A DNA stretch of 64,000 nucleotides from Granulicella sp. GTDB taxonomy: Bacteria > Acidobacteriota > Terriglobia > Terriglobales > Acidobacteriaceae. Where the stretch lies: assembly GCA_027339965.1 (NCBI GenBank), contig DAHWNL010000038.1, positions 35,831 to 99,830 on the forward strand. Direction: 5' to 3'. The position numbers were made by a program, and so were the translations under genes. Of the stretch, positions 31,561 through 42,174 are shown in pieces; the stretch's first letter is position 1; the number at the start of each line of letters is the position of its first letter. The notes under the pieces were generated by a model. It did no database searches, had not been told where the DNA came from, and saw only the letters and a list, made by a program, of their open reading frames with translations.

Positions 31561-32301
31561 GTGCTGGTTTCGCTGTTTATCACCTGCTATAACGACACGC
31601 TGTTTCCAGAGACGGGAAGGTCTGTGGTGCGCGTGTTGGAGAGGCTTGGTCACGAGGTCGAGTTTCGTCCTGAGCAGACCTGCTGTGGTCAGATGCACTG
31701 GAATACCGGATATCTGCACGAGGCGATCCCGATTCTGCGCCACTTTGTCGAGGTGTACCGGGACGCGGAGACGATTGTGGTTCCATCCAGTTCCTGCGTT
31801 TCCATGATGCGGGACCATTATCTGAAGGCCGCCGACAGCGTCATGGACGCTTCCTTGCGGGCCGATGTCGAGGCATTGCTGCCCCGCATCTACGAGTTCA
31901 CAGAGTTCCTGGTCAAGAGGCTGGGGATAGAGGATGTAGGAGCGACCTTTCCCCACAAGGTGACCTTGCATCCCAGTTGCCACTCCCAACGGAGCCTGCA
32001 TTTGGGCGATATCCCCACCCGGCTGTTGAAGCAGGTGCGCGGATTGCAGTTGCTCAACCTGGAGAATTCCCAGGAGTGTTGCGGCTTTGGAGGAACCTTT
32101 TCCATTAAGAATGCGGATGTCTCCTCGGCGATGCTGGCCGACAAGGTTCGCTGCATTTTGAACACCGGAGCCGAGGTTTGCACGGCCGTGGATAACTCCT
32201 GCCTGATGCATCTGTTTGGCTCGCTGCACCGGCAGCGAACGTTGGTCCGTACGGCTCATATTGCCGAGATCCTCGCCTCCAGCGCAGGAGAAAGAGCGTG
32301 A
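31561..32301 (+). CDS. lutA: L-lactate utilisation protein A (CCG-domain Fe-S subunit, LutA/LldE/YkgE)
   Basis: LFITC, QTCCGQ, HPSCHSQR, ECCGFGGTF, SCLMH. Confidence 0.92.
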   Translation: MLVSLFITCYNDTLFPETGRSVVRVLERLGHEVEFRPEQTCCGQMHWNTGYLHEAIPILRHFVEVYRDAETIVVPSSSCVSMMRDHYLKAADSVMDASLRADVEALLPRIYEFTEFLVKRLGIEDVGATFPHKVTLHPSCHSQRSLHLGDIPTRLLKQVRGLQLLNLENSQECCGFGGTFSIKNADVSSAMLADKVRCILNTGAEVCTAVDNSCLMHLFGSLHRQRTLVRTAHIAEILASSAGERA

Positions 32302-33806
32302 AGCCGGCCGCATCGTCACACTGGTCTGATCGTGATTTTCCGGAGGCTGCCCGAGAGCTTCTGGAGGACTCGCAGACTCGCAGCAACGTCCGCCATGCGA
32401 CCGATGTGATCCAGGCAAAGCGGGATGCGGTAACGGGCGAACTACCGGACTGGCAGCAGCTGCGGGACGCCGGTGAGGCCATCCGGGCTCACTCGCTGGC
32501 CCATCTCGATTTCTATCTGGAGCAGTTTGAGCAGGCCTGCACCCGAGCGGGAGGCCAGGTTCACTGGGCGCGTGACGCCGCCGAGGCCAACCAGATCATT
32601 CTGGGCTTGATTCAGCGCCATAGCGTCACGGAAGTGCTCAAGATCAAGACGATGACCTCGGAGGAGGTGGGGCTGAACCCGTATCTTGAGACCCACGGCA
32701 TTCGCGCCCATGAGACGGACCTGGCCGAGTTGATCATTCAATTGGGCAAGGACAAGCCGTCACACTTCGTGGTGCCGGCGCTGCATAAGAATCGCATGCA
32801 GGTGCGGGAGATCTTTCAACGCGAGATGCATCTTCCGGAGTTGGGCGAGCGCCCGGAGGATCTGGCCTCGGCAGCGCGCTCCTATCTGCGCGAAAAGTTC
32901 TTCCGTCTCAAGGTTGCCGTCTCGGGGGCGAACTTTCTCATTGCCGAGAACGGCGCAGTGTGCATCGTGGAGTCGGAGGGCAACGGAAGGATGTGCCTGA
33001 CCCTGCCCGATGTACTGATCTCGCTGGTGGGCATCGAAAAGGTGCTGCCCCGCTTCCGGGATCTGGAGGTATTTCTCCAGACTCTTCCACGTTCCGCCAC
33101 GGGCGAGCGCATGAATCCCTACAACTCCATTTGGACCGGCGTCCGGCCAGGCGACGGACCGAAGGAGTTTCACGTAGTGTTGCTGGACAACCGGCGCAGT
33201 CCGATTCTGGGTGATGCGGAGTCGCGCCAGACGCTGCAATGCATTCGCTGTGCGGCCTGCCTGAATGCCTGCCCGGTGTATCACCAGACCGGAGGACACG
33301 CCTATGAGTCGGTCTATGCGGGACCGATCGGCGCGATTCTGACTCCGCAGCTGCATTCTCTGGAGGAAGGTAGATCCCTGCCCTATGCCTCCTCGCTTTG
33401 CGGAGCCTGTTATGAGGTATGCCCGGTCAAGATCAATATTCCTGAGGTTCTGATTCATCTGCGCGGGAAGATCGTCGAGGAAGATCAGAAGACGCTGAGG
33501 GGGCAGCTCGGCATCTGGAATCTTGGCATGGCGACGGCGGCGATGCTCTTGGCAAGCGGTGCCCGTCTCTCCATGGCCCAGCGCATGGGGCAGATTGCGC
33601 AGAAGATCTTTGTCAACCGAGATGGCATGATCGAGCGTCTGCCCTTCCCGCTCTCCGGGTGGACGCAGACACGTGACATGAAGTCCTTGCCCAAACAGAG
33701 CTTCCGCCAGTGGTGGTCGGAACGCGCTGCTCCCAGCGAAGCGTCTGTGGGGAATCCGGACCGAGCTGGCCATGCCGCAGGCAGGGGAGGTCCCGATGGA
33801 CAGTAG
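32298..33806 (+). CDS. lutB: L-lactate utilisation Fe-S protein B (LutB/LldF/YkgF)
   Basis: ETDLAELI, ESEGNGR, RSATGE, CIRCAACLNACP and SSLCGACYEVCP. Confidence 0.94.
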   Translation: MKPAASSHWSDRDFPEAARELLEDSQTRSNVRHATDVIQAKRDAVTGELPDWQQLRDAGEAIRAHSLAHLDFYLEQFEQACTRAGGQVHWARDAAEANQIILGLIQRHSVTEVLKIKTMTSEEVGLNPYLETHGIRAHETDLAELIIQLGKDKPSHFVVPALHKNRMQVREIFQREMHLPELGERPEDLASAARSYLREKFFRLKVAVSGANFLIAENGAVCIVESEGNGRMCLTLPDVLISLVGIEKVLPRFRDLEVFLQTLPRSATGERMNPYNSIWTGVRPGDGPKEFHVVLLDNRRSPILGDAESRQTLQCIRCAACLNACPVYHQTGGHAYESVYAGPIGAILTPQLHSLEEGRSLPYASSLCGACYEVCPVKINIPEVLIHLRGKIVEEDQKTLRGQLGIWNLGMATAAMLLASGARLSMAQRMGQIAQKIFVNRDGMIERLPFPLSGWTQTRDMKSLPKQSFRQWWSERAAPSEASVGNPDRAGHAAGRGGPDGQ

Positions 33807-34470
33807 TTTCAGCGCCCGCGGCGAGGTTCTGCGATCGATCCGGTTGGCTCTTGGGCAGAGAATGGAAGCCGAGCGCGTTGCCGCCCAGTATGATGCGTTG
33901 CCACGCGACTACAAGCGCGCAGGCACCCTGAGCCAGGAGGATAAGTTGCAGCTTTTTCTGCGCCGCCTGGAGGAGTATGGCGCGGGGGTCAAGTTTGTCG
34001 CAAGGGATGCGATCAGAGAAGAGATTGGCGGCAAGCTCGCCGCGCGCGGGTGCAGAAGATTGGTGATTCCTCGTGATCTTCCCGCAGCCTGGCTTCCGCT
34101 TGGTTTTGAGTTTATTCCGAACGGAGGCGAGGGCGAGTTGAGTCCGCCGTTAGGTGCCGCCGAGATGGATGGTATGGATGGCGCGCTGACCGGGTGTACG
34201 GTAGCCGTTGCGGAGACTGGTTCCATCGTCTTGCAGAGCGGACCAAGGCAGGGTTCGCGAGCTCTGACGCTGGTGCCGGATTATCACCTGTGTGTGGTCT
34301 TTGCCGGCCAGGTGGTTGAGACGGTGCCGGAGTCGTTTGCCGTTCTGGATTCGACCTCCGATTTGCCTACGACGTTCTTCTCCGGTCCGTCCGCGACCGC
34401 CGATATTGAGATGACCCGGATCAAGGGAGTTCACGGGCCAAGATTCCTGGACGTGCTGGTGGTGGATTAG
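33796..34470 (+). CDS. lutC: LUD-domain lactate utilisation protein C (LutC/LldG/YkgG)
   Basis: AETGS, RALTLVP, SGPSATADIE, GVHGP. Confidence 0.92.
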   Translation: MDSSFSARGEVLRSIRLALGQRMEAERVAAQYDALPRDYKRAGTLSQEDKLQLFLRRLEEYGAGVKFVARDAIREEIGGKLAARGCRRLVIPRDLPAAWLPLGFEFIPNGGEGELSPPLGAAEMDGMDGALTGCTVAVAETGSIVLQSGPRQGSRALTLVPDYHLCVVFAGQVVETVPESFAVLDSTSDLPTTFFSGPSATADIEMTRIKGVHGPRFLDVLVVD

Positions 34471-34905
34471 GCACGTTCTTCGGCCAGTGCGAATACGGAA
34501 ACATGGCGGAGACGCCACCACGATGCTATGCCCGCGACGATCTCGAGAGCTTGGTGCATGGAATCGAAGTTTTTTGTGTTGCCGAAGGTTCTACAGGGTA
34601 CATGCGGCTCCGCTTTCTTGCCGCGTCAGTGGGTCGGTCCGCCGGCGACCGCGGTTTTGGGTACAGCGGCCCTCGACGATCAAGCTCTGCGTTACGCCCT
34701 CAGAGGAATGATCCTTTCGCGGTTCGCACCGAGATTAGCTCCCCTGGAAAGTCTGCCTTCCGTCGTTAAGACTGCCGGCGTCAAGCTCGACGCTCTTTAC
34801 CCCGCCGATAGCCTCGGCGCGGGCATGCGAGAGGATCTCGCCGTGTTCACAGTCAATCACCCGAGCGATTTGGTTCAGTCGGCGCTGGAAGATCTCGCGG
34901 AAGCG

Positions 34906-37704
34906 CTACCAGATGGCGATCTGCTCGGGATCGAGTTTTTGATCGGTGGTGAAAAACTCCTTCCAGGGATGGGAGCGGAGATGGCTCTGCGAGGAGAGAA
35001 AATCCCGGAGCGAGACGCTGGGATGTGTCTCGCGGTTGAGAGCAGACCAGGGGATTGGCAGGGAGATGGGGGCTTCAGTGCGGAAACGCGGGGAGTATGG
35101 CGCTACAACGCTGGATCCGAGCCGGTTGCGGAGGTAATCAAGATAGATCTTTCCCGCCTGCAAGGTTTTGGTTCTTCGGCTGACGTAGAGGAGGGGATTG
35201 TGACGCTCCAGAGAAAGGGCAAAGGCATGCGCGGCCGTCTCGACTTCGGCCCAGTTCAGCGTGGGCTGTATGGGTGCGATGATGTGCAGGCCCTTGCCGC
35301 CGCTGAGCTTCAGGAAGCTCTCCAGACCGGCGTTGATCAGCCGCTGGCGAACCTCGGCCGCGGCGGCGGCCAGAGTCACCCAGGGAAGGTTGGGCTCAGG
35401 GTCAAGGTCAAAGATGAGACGGTCCGGATGCTGAAGGTTGCTGCTGGTGGCGCTCCAGGGATAGATCTCCAGAACATCCATCTGTGCCAGTGAGACGATG
35501 GCCTCAGCAGAATCCAGCTCGATGTAGGGTTCGGGCTTCTCCGATTCCTTTCGCTGGACGAGGATGGTTTTGATGCCCCGAGGGGTGGATGGACCGGAGG
35601 ACTTTTTCCACCAGAAGGGCCTGCCGGTCCCTTCAGGGCAGCAGAGGACGCTGAGCGGGCGTTTGGACAGGAAGGGGAGCATGCGCTCGGCTACCAACGC
35701 ATAGTACCTTGCCACTTGCTCTCGATTGAGGCCGCATTCGGGATAGAGCGGCCACTCGGGTTGGGTGAGAGCGGGGTCCGCGGAGGCGCGTGCCTTGGTC
35801 CTCCGGCTGGCTGGCAGAGTAAGACGTTGGATGTCCTGGCTGTGGGAGTGACTGGCAAAGCTGCGCGGAGCAAGGCGCTTGGATGGCCGGGAGGCCTGTT
35901 TAGGTTTGAGATCGGATGGGGGAGGGCTGTAAGTGACCTCCGAGGCCGGCACGTCTTCGCGGAGACTGAGGAAGGTGGCTTGGCGGATGAGATGGTCTGC
36001 TGTCCAGGCAGAGAAGCGGATCTGGGCCACCATGATGGGGTCGACCCAGTAGACGCCGCGCGTGGCGTCTTTGGGGATGGTTTCAAAGGGACACTGCGGA
36101 ATCCGGATCTGAACAAGCTGCTGCAGAAGGTCGCGGCGCAGGCCCTGGCTAAAGCCGGCGCCGGTTCGGCCTGCGTAGATCAGGAAGCGCTTTTTGCGCG
36201 GGCCGCGCCGGACAGGCGGGTAGTAACCCAGCAGGAGAGCCCCAACGCGATCGGGTCCCTCGCTGGAGAGGGTGAAGCCGGCGACGACCAACTCCTGCTC
36301 GTGCGCGCACTTGGACTTGAGCCAGTCAGAGGAGCGAGCACAGCGGTAGGGAGCGCTGGAGCGCTTGGAGACGATGCCTGCGGCGTGTAAAGCGCAGGCC
36401 TGGCGAAAGGCTTCCGCGCCCTCGCCCGGGATCTCCTCCGACAGGCGCAGGTGGGCAGAGTTGGAGGGCAGGAGGCGGGCGAGAAGCTCTTTGCGCTTGC
36501 GTAAGGAGATCTCCCGGGTGTTGTGACCGTCCAGGTGGAGGAGATCGAAGGCAATGTACTGGATGGCATGGGCATCAGGCATTTGAAGGGCGGCTTTTAA
36601 CCGAGCCAGGCTGGAGCGGCCCGCTTTTTCCGGCAGAATAACCTCGCCGTCCAGGGTGCAGTCTTGTGCAGGAAGTTGGGCCAGACAGTTAACCAAAGCG
36701 GGCATGCGATCGGTCCAGTCCGCACCCTTCCGCGTCAGTAGAGAAACCTGAGAGCCGGATTTGCGGGCTTGGATGCGATAGCCGTCGAGCTTGATCTCGT
36801 GGATCCAGTCGTTTCCGTTGGGCGTGGCCGTTGTTTCCATCGCCAGTTGTGGTGGAATGAAGCTCGGCTGGGCTTCGCGGGGCAACTCCTCGATGAGGAT
36901 GGATTGGGGATTGCTTGACGCCAGCGCATCGACCCGCGGATGAGCGGTTGCGCCGGAGTGAGCGCTTGCGGCTTCGGCGTGGCTCCCTCCATGCTGCCGG
37001 AGGTCGTTCCTGGCGGCCGAAATCTGCTTGAGAGAGCGGCCCGTGACTGCGGAGTTGGGGCGCTCGTCCGTGATCGCGCGATCTCCGGGGCCGCGCTCAT
37101 ATTTGTCGCGTTCCTTCAGGAGTAGCCAATGTGGAGCCGCCGCGGAGTTCGCGGCATTCGGACTCATGCGAATCAGCGCCCATCTTCCCCTGAGTTTGGA
37201 GCCGCCCAGTTCGAACTTGAGATGGCCGGAGCGGAGACAGGCATCGACGTTTTCGCTGCCAAGCTGCGGCCACCAGCTCCCCTGATCCCAGATCATCACC
37301 GTGCCCGCTTGAGTCTGGCTCTGCTGGACGACGCCTTCAAGGGCTGCATCCTCGATAGGGAAATCCTGGGCCTGGACAGCCAAGCGGCGCTCCTGGGGGT
37401 TGTAGCTTGGACCCTGGGCGACGGCCCAACTCTTGAGCACACCACCCCAACTGAGGCGAAAGTCATAGCGGATGGGATCAGGACCTCGCATCTGGATGAC
37501 GAAGGGAAGCCCGCGGGAGGCGCTGGGTCTGCGTTTCGGTGCCTGGCGTCTGGAGGCTGTGTCGCCAGATTCTTCGCTGATACGAGGGGAGCGGCTCATC
37601 AAGCCGAAGGGCTCAATCTGTTCATCGGCTGCCGTCGATGGCGTATCGGTGCCGGGCTGGCGAGGCCGCATTCTACTGGAGGCGCCGGATTCTTGCGTGG
37701 GCAT
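34906..37704 (-). CDS. ligD: DNA ligase D (PE-LIG-POL architecture) with degenerate catalytic motifs
   Basis: YDFRL...LKSWAV, EIKLDGYR, LDGEV, AFDLL, WLKSK, PDRLIFDLDP, SGGKGLH, DYLRN; start inferred. Confidence 0.9.
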   Translation of the reverse strand: MPTQESGASSRMRPRQPGTDTPSTAADEQIEPFGLMSRSPRISEESGDTASRRQAPKRRPSASRGLPFVIQMRGPDPIRYDFRLSWGGVLKSWAVAQGPSYNPQERRLAVQAQDFPIEDAALEGVVQQSQTQAGTVMIWDQGSWWPQLGSENVDACLRSGHLKFELGGSKLRGRWALIRMSPNAANSAAAPHWLLLKERDKYERGPGDRAITDERPNSAVTGRSLKQISAARNDLRQHGGSHAEAASAHSGATAHPRVDALASSNPQSILIEELPREAQPSFIPPQLAMETTATPNGNDWIHEIKLDGYRIQARKSGSQVSLLTRKGADWTDRMPALVNCLAQLPAQDCTLDGEVILPEKAGRSSLARLKAALQMPDAHAIQYIAFDLLHLDGHNTREISLRKRKELLARLLPSNSAHLRLSEEIPGEGAEAFRQACALHAAGIVSKRSSAPYRCARSSDWLKSKCAHEQELVVAGFTLSSEGPDRVGALLLGYYPPVRRGPRKKRFLIYAGRTGAGFSQGLRRDLLQQLVQIRIPQCPFETIPKDATRGVYWVDPIMVAQIRFSAWTADHLIRQATFLSLREDVPASEVTYSPPPSDLKPKQASRPSKRLAPRSFASHSHSQDIQRLTLPASRRTKARASADPALTQPEWPLYPECGLNREQVARYYALVAERMLPFLSKRPLSVLCCPEGTGRPFWWKKSSGPSTPRGIKTILVQRKESEKPEPYIELDSAEAIVSLAQMDVLEIYPWSATSSNLQHPDRLIFDLDPEPNLPWVTLAAAAAEVRQRLINAGLESFLKLSGGKGLHIIAPIQPTLNWAEVETAAHAFALSLERHNPLLYVSRRTKTLQAGKIYLDYLRNRLGSSVVAPYSPRFRTEAPISLPIPWSALNRETHPSVSLRDFLSSQSHLRSHPWKEFFTTDQKLDPEQIAIW

Positions 37705-38226
37705 GATGGACTCCGATGCGGTCTTTCGCCTAGGAGACGCCTGGCGGGCCAGGCAGCGAGATGCGCGGATGCGGTGCGAAACGACGACGAAGAAGCAACT
37801 GGGGTGAGCCAGGGACCTTGGCAAGAAGGTCGTTTTCAGAGAAAGACTTTCGGGCGGCTGGAAGCTGCACGCCGAAGGATGGAGAAGAGATGCCGAGGAA
37901 ACCGTACCCGCAGGAACGCGCTCTTCCGCCGACGCCTCAACGGCAGAATACGCCAAAGCAAATGAAAGCATAAGGACGGGCTCGAAGATCGATCCAAAGC
38001 CGGTAGTTGCTCGATTATCGAACGCTCATCTTCCGATCTGGATGTGGCGGCTTCTGGAGCGGGAAACGTCCTTCAAGGCCATGGCTCCGGGAAGGACCTC
38101 TTGGCATGGATCTTTCCTGCGGCTACTCAGGCGGAAGACGCACACGGGATGAAGGCGATGGATTCGAATCTGCTTTGATGGGAACAGGTTCTGGGCGCAG
38201 AGAGCCCGATCGCGCGGCCAGAGTGG

Positions 38227-39036
38227 CTATTCGCCCAACATGATGCGCCGGATGTGGGTGGCTTGGCCGGTGGCGCTGTTGCAGGTGATCAGAGTGGCGC
38301 AGATCCTGGGATCGCCCTTGGCGGCTTCGAACTTTCCGGGCATTCCGGTGAGGAAGCGTTTGAGAACCAGCTCGGACTCGACCCCGATGATGGAGTCGAA
38401 AGGGCCGGACATGCCCACGTCCGTCTGATAGGCCGTGCCCTGGTGCAGGATGCGCTCGTCGGCGGTGGGAACGTGGGTGTGGGTGCCCAGGACGGCGGTC
38501 ACGCGGCCGTCGAGATAGCAGGCCAGGGCGGCTTTTTCGCTGGTGGCTTCGGCGTGAATGTCCAGCAGGATGACTTTGGCGCCGGAGTTGCGCTCAATGC
38601 GTCCAAGAATCTCGTCGGATTTGCGGAAGGGATCGTCGGAAGAGGAGGCCATGAAGACCCGGCCCTGGAGGTTGATGACGGCGTAGGGCAGGCCGTTGCC
38701 CAGCTCGCCCTCGTAGTATCCATAGCCGGGAGCGCCGTGCGCGTAGTTGGCCGGGCGCAGGATGCGGCGTCCACGGACGTGCGAGTCCTCCGGGACGTTC
38801 ATGTACTCGATGATCTCTTTCTTGTCCCAGATGTGGTTGCCGGTGGTGATGACGTGGGCGCCGAGGTCGAAGAGTTCTTCGGCGATGGCGGGGGTGATGC
38901 CGAAGCCACCGGCGGCGTTTTCGCCGTTGATGACGAGGAGGTCGACCTCATGGGTCTCGAAAAGGTGGGGCAGGTGCTCGCGTACGATGTGGCGGCCGGG
39001 CGAGCCAAAGACGTCGCCCACGAAGAGAATGTTCAC
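38227..39036 (-). CDS. ymdB: YmdB/TIGR00282-family metallophosphoesterase
   Basis: FVGDVFGSPG, NGENAAGG, GNH, HAEATSEK, GTHTH, TDVGM. Confidence 0.94.
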   Translation of the reverse strand: MNILFVGDVFGSPGRHIVREHLPHLFETHEVDLLVINGENAAGGFGITPAIAEELFDLGAHVITTGNHIWDKKEIIEYMNVPEDSHVRGRRILRPANYAHGAPGYGYYEGELGNGLPYAVINLQGRVFMASSSDDPFRKSDEILGRIERNSGAKVILLDIHAEATSEKAALACYLDGRVTAVLGTHTHVPTADERILHQGTAYQTDVGMSGPFDSIIGVESELVLKRFLTGMPGKFEAAKGDPRICATLITCNSATGQATHIRRIMLGE

Positions 39037-39394
39037 CTTTGGATTCTAGATCAGTTCCACGCAAGGATAGTTCCCGATGTGAGGTGCTGGCCAGGTGGCG
39101 CCGTCTCGTGGTGAGGTCGCTTCGCAGGCTTGGGAGGTTTAGTCAGCGCCGCTTCGCGTGCTGCCGTCTCGCGCAGCCACACCTTGAGTTCGCGCGGTGT
39201 CTCCTCAATGCGCTGACGTAGGCCCAGGACTGCGGAGCGAAGCAGGGGTCGGCCTCGCCCTCGCCTGCGAGGTGTCCGGTGTTGGGAATACCACCGCCGA
39301 AACAGGATTACGTCCTCCGTAACTTGACGCCACTTCGGGGGCGTATTTTTGACGCTTATTCCCAATCTTTCACATTGACCTGGAGGTAATCTCT

Positions 39395-39731
39395 ATGAAG
39401 AGCCGTACGGTTTCAGCAGTACTCCTCATGCCGTTTCTGTGCCTGATGGAAGGTTGTCATACGGCTTTGGCATTGCAGTGGAGCGCCTCCTACACAGTTG
39501 CGGGGCCAGAAGGGCGTTCTGGCCGCGGGCGGCGAGCGGTTCAGGCTCAAAAGCGTGCGCATGTCTCTTTCGATTTCGACTGACGGGGTGGGAGACGGTG
39601 CCCACTACGACATGGTCATGGGTGCCCCTGACCGCAAGGCTGGGGTCATCGTTCTGGACGCACCGGCGGGAAAGCTTTATCTGGGACGATCGGTAAAGGC
39701 GACGGCCGGATCGTCGGCGTGTTCTCAGTGA
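39395..39731 (+). pseudogene. Possible frameshifted remnant of an exported protein
   Basis: GGAGGT SD, ATG and signal-peptide-like start (39395-39583); protein-like +1 frame 39498-39731. Confidence 0.3.
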
Positions 39732-39836
39732 GGCTGGCTGCTCGTTGAGATGGCCGCCCTGCCGGGCTGGTGGAGGGGCGATGAGTTGCTCGGGAACTGG
39801 GCGGTCAGGCGTCGGTGAGTTGGCTGTGGCGCAGGT

Positions 39837-41651
39837 TTACCCAGCGGGTTCTCTGTGCGGGTCGGCGGTAGCGGCCTCTGCGGGTGCGGCTTCTGCGGCC
39901 TGTTTCTGGGGGCGCATCAGAGGGAAGAGGATCACGTCGCGTATGCTGCGAGAGCCGGTGAGGATCATGGTGAGGCGGTCGATGCCGATGCCCTCGCCAG
40001 CGGTTGGGGGCAGACCGTAGCCGAGGGCGCGAACGTAGTCGTAGTCGACTTCGGCCATGGCTTCCACGTCGCCGCGCTTGCGGTCTTCGAGCTGGTCTTC
40101 GAAGCGGCGAAGCTGGTCGTCGGGGTCGTTGAGCTCGGAGAATCCGTTGCCCAGCTCGAAGCCACCGATGTAGAACTCGAAGCGTTCGACCCACTCCGGA
40201 TCATCGGGCTTGGGTTTGGAGAGCGGGCTGACGGCCAGCGGGTAGTCGTAGATGATGGTGGGCTGGATGAGGTGCGGCTCGGCGAGGAGCTCAAAGAGCT
40301 CGGCGATGCTCTTGCCCACCGGCCAGCGTTCGCTCTTCAAATCCAGTTGGATGGCGGCGGCCGCCTTCTGTCGTGCAGCCTCTTGAAGGACGGAGGCATC
40401 CAGGCGGTTCACGAACGGGGCCAGGGACTCATGGTCTTGAAAGGCCTCGGGGCCAGGCGGCATGCCACCATCTTCCGGCCAGAAGCGGGTGATGGCCTGG
40501 CGCATGCTGAGCTGCTGCCAGTTCTCCGGGGCCAGGTCGATCTCGACGCCGTTGAAGCGGGTGATGGTAGAGCCGTTGACTTCGAGGGCAACGCCGGCCA
40601 CCAACTCCCGGGTGAGATCCATCAAGTCGTGGTAGTTGGCGTAGGCCTGATAGAACTCCAGCATGGTGAACTCGGGGTTGTGCTGGGTGCTGACGCCCTC
40701 GTTGCGGAAGTTGCGGTTGATCTCATAGACCCGGTCCAGGCCGCCGACCACGAGTCGCTTGAGATACAGCTCCGGGGCGATGCGCAGGTTAAGGGGCATA
40801 TCCAGGGCGTTGTGGTGGGTGGTGAAGGGGCGCGCCGCAGCTCCGCCAGCCACGGTATGCAGCATGGGAGTCTCGACTTCAAGGTAGCCGCGGGTGTCAA
40901 AGAAGTGGCGGATGGAGCGCAGGATGTGGGCACGTTTGACGAAGACGCTGCGGGCGGGAAGGCGCGTGAAGGCCGCAGAGTTGCGGGATGCGGGCGCGGA
41001 GGTTTCGTCAGAGTCGGGGCTTGCTGCCAGGTTGGTCTCCGGGGACGCCGCTGGGGCCTCCGCAGTTTCGCCGCTGTCGGTAAAAAGGTCCAGGTAGCGT
41101 CGGCGGTAGCGGAGCTCGACGTCCTCCAGGCCGTGGAACTTGTCGGGAAGAGCGAGCATCGCTTTGGCGAGGAAGGTGATGGCCGGCTGCGCGGCATGGC
41201 CTGGCAGGCTGACCGGAGCGGCATGGAGAGTGAGCTCTCCGGTGCGGGTGCGCATGAGGAAGCCGCGGACGCCGATGTGGTCGCCCAGGTCGAGGAGCTT
41301 GTACAGGTTGAAGACCGCCTCGCCGACATCGTCCTTGCGCACGTAAATCTGGAGCCTCTGCCCCTGCTGCTGGATCTGCGCGAAGCCCGCCTTGCCCTGA
41401 ACCCGGATGGCCACGATGCGGCCGGCGATCGCCGACTCCAAGTGCAGGATCTGGAGCTTTTCCGCTGAGAGTTCAGCTCCCAGAGCGCGCAGCTCCGCAA
41501 CGCTGGCGGTGAAGCGGAAGTGGTTGGGATAGCGAGCCTCGGCCGGGCTGAGTGCGGGGTTCAGCGAACAGGCGATGGCGGCGATCTGGGCCAGCTTTTC
41601 GCGGCGGAGATGATAGAGATTCTCTTCGAAGAGGCTTTCGAACTGGGACAA
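39837..41651 (-). CDS. lysS: Lysine--tRNA ligase (class II)
   Basis: OB fold, YRRRYLD, EVETPML, LRIAPELYLKRL, FRNEG, HNPEFT, GIGIDRL. Confidence 0.97.
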   Translation of the reverse strand: MSQFESLFEENLYHLRREKLAQIAAIACSLNPALSPAEARYPNHFRFTASVAELRALGAELSAEKLQILHLESAIAGRIVAIRVQGKAGFAQIQQQGQRLQIYVRKDDVGEAVFNLYKLLDLGDHIGVRGFLMRTRTGELTLHAAPVSLPGHAAQPAITFLAKAMLALPDKFHGLEDVELRYRRRYLDLFTDSGETAEAPAASPETNLAASPDSDETSAPASRNSAAFTRLPARSVFVKRAHILRSIRHFFDTRGYLEVETPMLHTVAGGAAARPFTTHHNALDMPLNLRIAPELYLKRLVVGGLDRVYEINRNFRNEGVSTQHNPEFTMLEFYQAYANYHDLMDLTRELVAGVALEVNGSTITRFNGVEIDLAPENWQQLSMRQAITRFWPEDGGMPPGPEAFQDHESLAPFVNRLDASVLQEAARQKAAAAIQLDLKSERWPVGKSIAELFELLAEPHLIQPTIIYDYPLAVSPLSKPKPDDPEWVERFEFYIGGFELGNGFSELNDPDDQLRRFEDQLEDRKRGDVEAMAEVDYDYVRALGYGLPPTAGEGIGIDRLTMILTGSRSIRDVILFPLMRPQKQAAEAAPAEAATADPHREPAG

Positions 41652-41848
41652 GAGGCTGCTCGATTCGTGGCGAATGTGGAGGTTTCAGTATAAAAGCACC
41701 GGGGCCAGGGTAAGACAGATCATCCTGCGGAGGTGGGGAAGGCGGCCCTTGCTTGTTCCCACGTCCGCAGCGCAGAACCCCGGGGATTCAGGTGTTTGAT
41801 TCCGGCCAAGGTGCGCGGACCGAGGCCGGGGTGTTATGGTTTGGGTCG

Positions 41849-42115
41849 ATGGCTGACCAAGGACAGGACGGGAGAGCCAAGGACGGAGCGGGACGTCCGC
41901 GCGGCGTGCTTGGCGATCTGGTGAAAGCGGAGTCCATGATTCAACTGGCTCTGGTGCTGCCCGCGGCTTGTCTGATTGGGGCCGTGCTCGGCTCGGCGCT
42001 GGATAAGCACTTCCATACCGGCTGGATGGCGGTGACGGGGATTGTCTTGGGCGCTGTGGCCGGCTTCATCCAGATCTACCAGACCGCGTCTCGATTCATG
42101 CGCCGGGACAAATAG
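41849..42115 (+). CDS. AtpZ/AtpI-family small membrane protein
   Basis: Two TMs around GSALDKHFHT; first gene of the Fo cluster. Confidence 0.8.
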   Translation: MADQGQDGRAKDGAGRPRGVLGDLVKAESMIQLALVLPAACLIGAVLGSALDKHFHTGWMAVTGIVLGAVAGFIQIYQTASRFMRRDK

Positions 42116-42174
42116 CAAGTAGAAGACAGGCATGGCGAGGAAGAGAAGATGATGAAAGGAATGAGGAAGCGCTG

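Noticed and set aside
34471..34905. Hidden ku gene or other CDS beside ligD (also checked 37705-38226)
   Set aside because: No Ku motifs in the ORF track translations; only short ORFs or ligD antisense extension
39037..39390. Possible 6S RNA near ymdB, and the Arg-rich 104-aa minus-strand ORF 39051-39365
   Set aside because: No long rod with central bubble recognised and no zapA/rny context; ORF composition looks spurious
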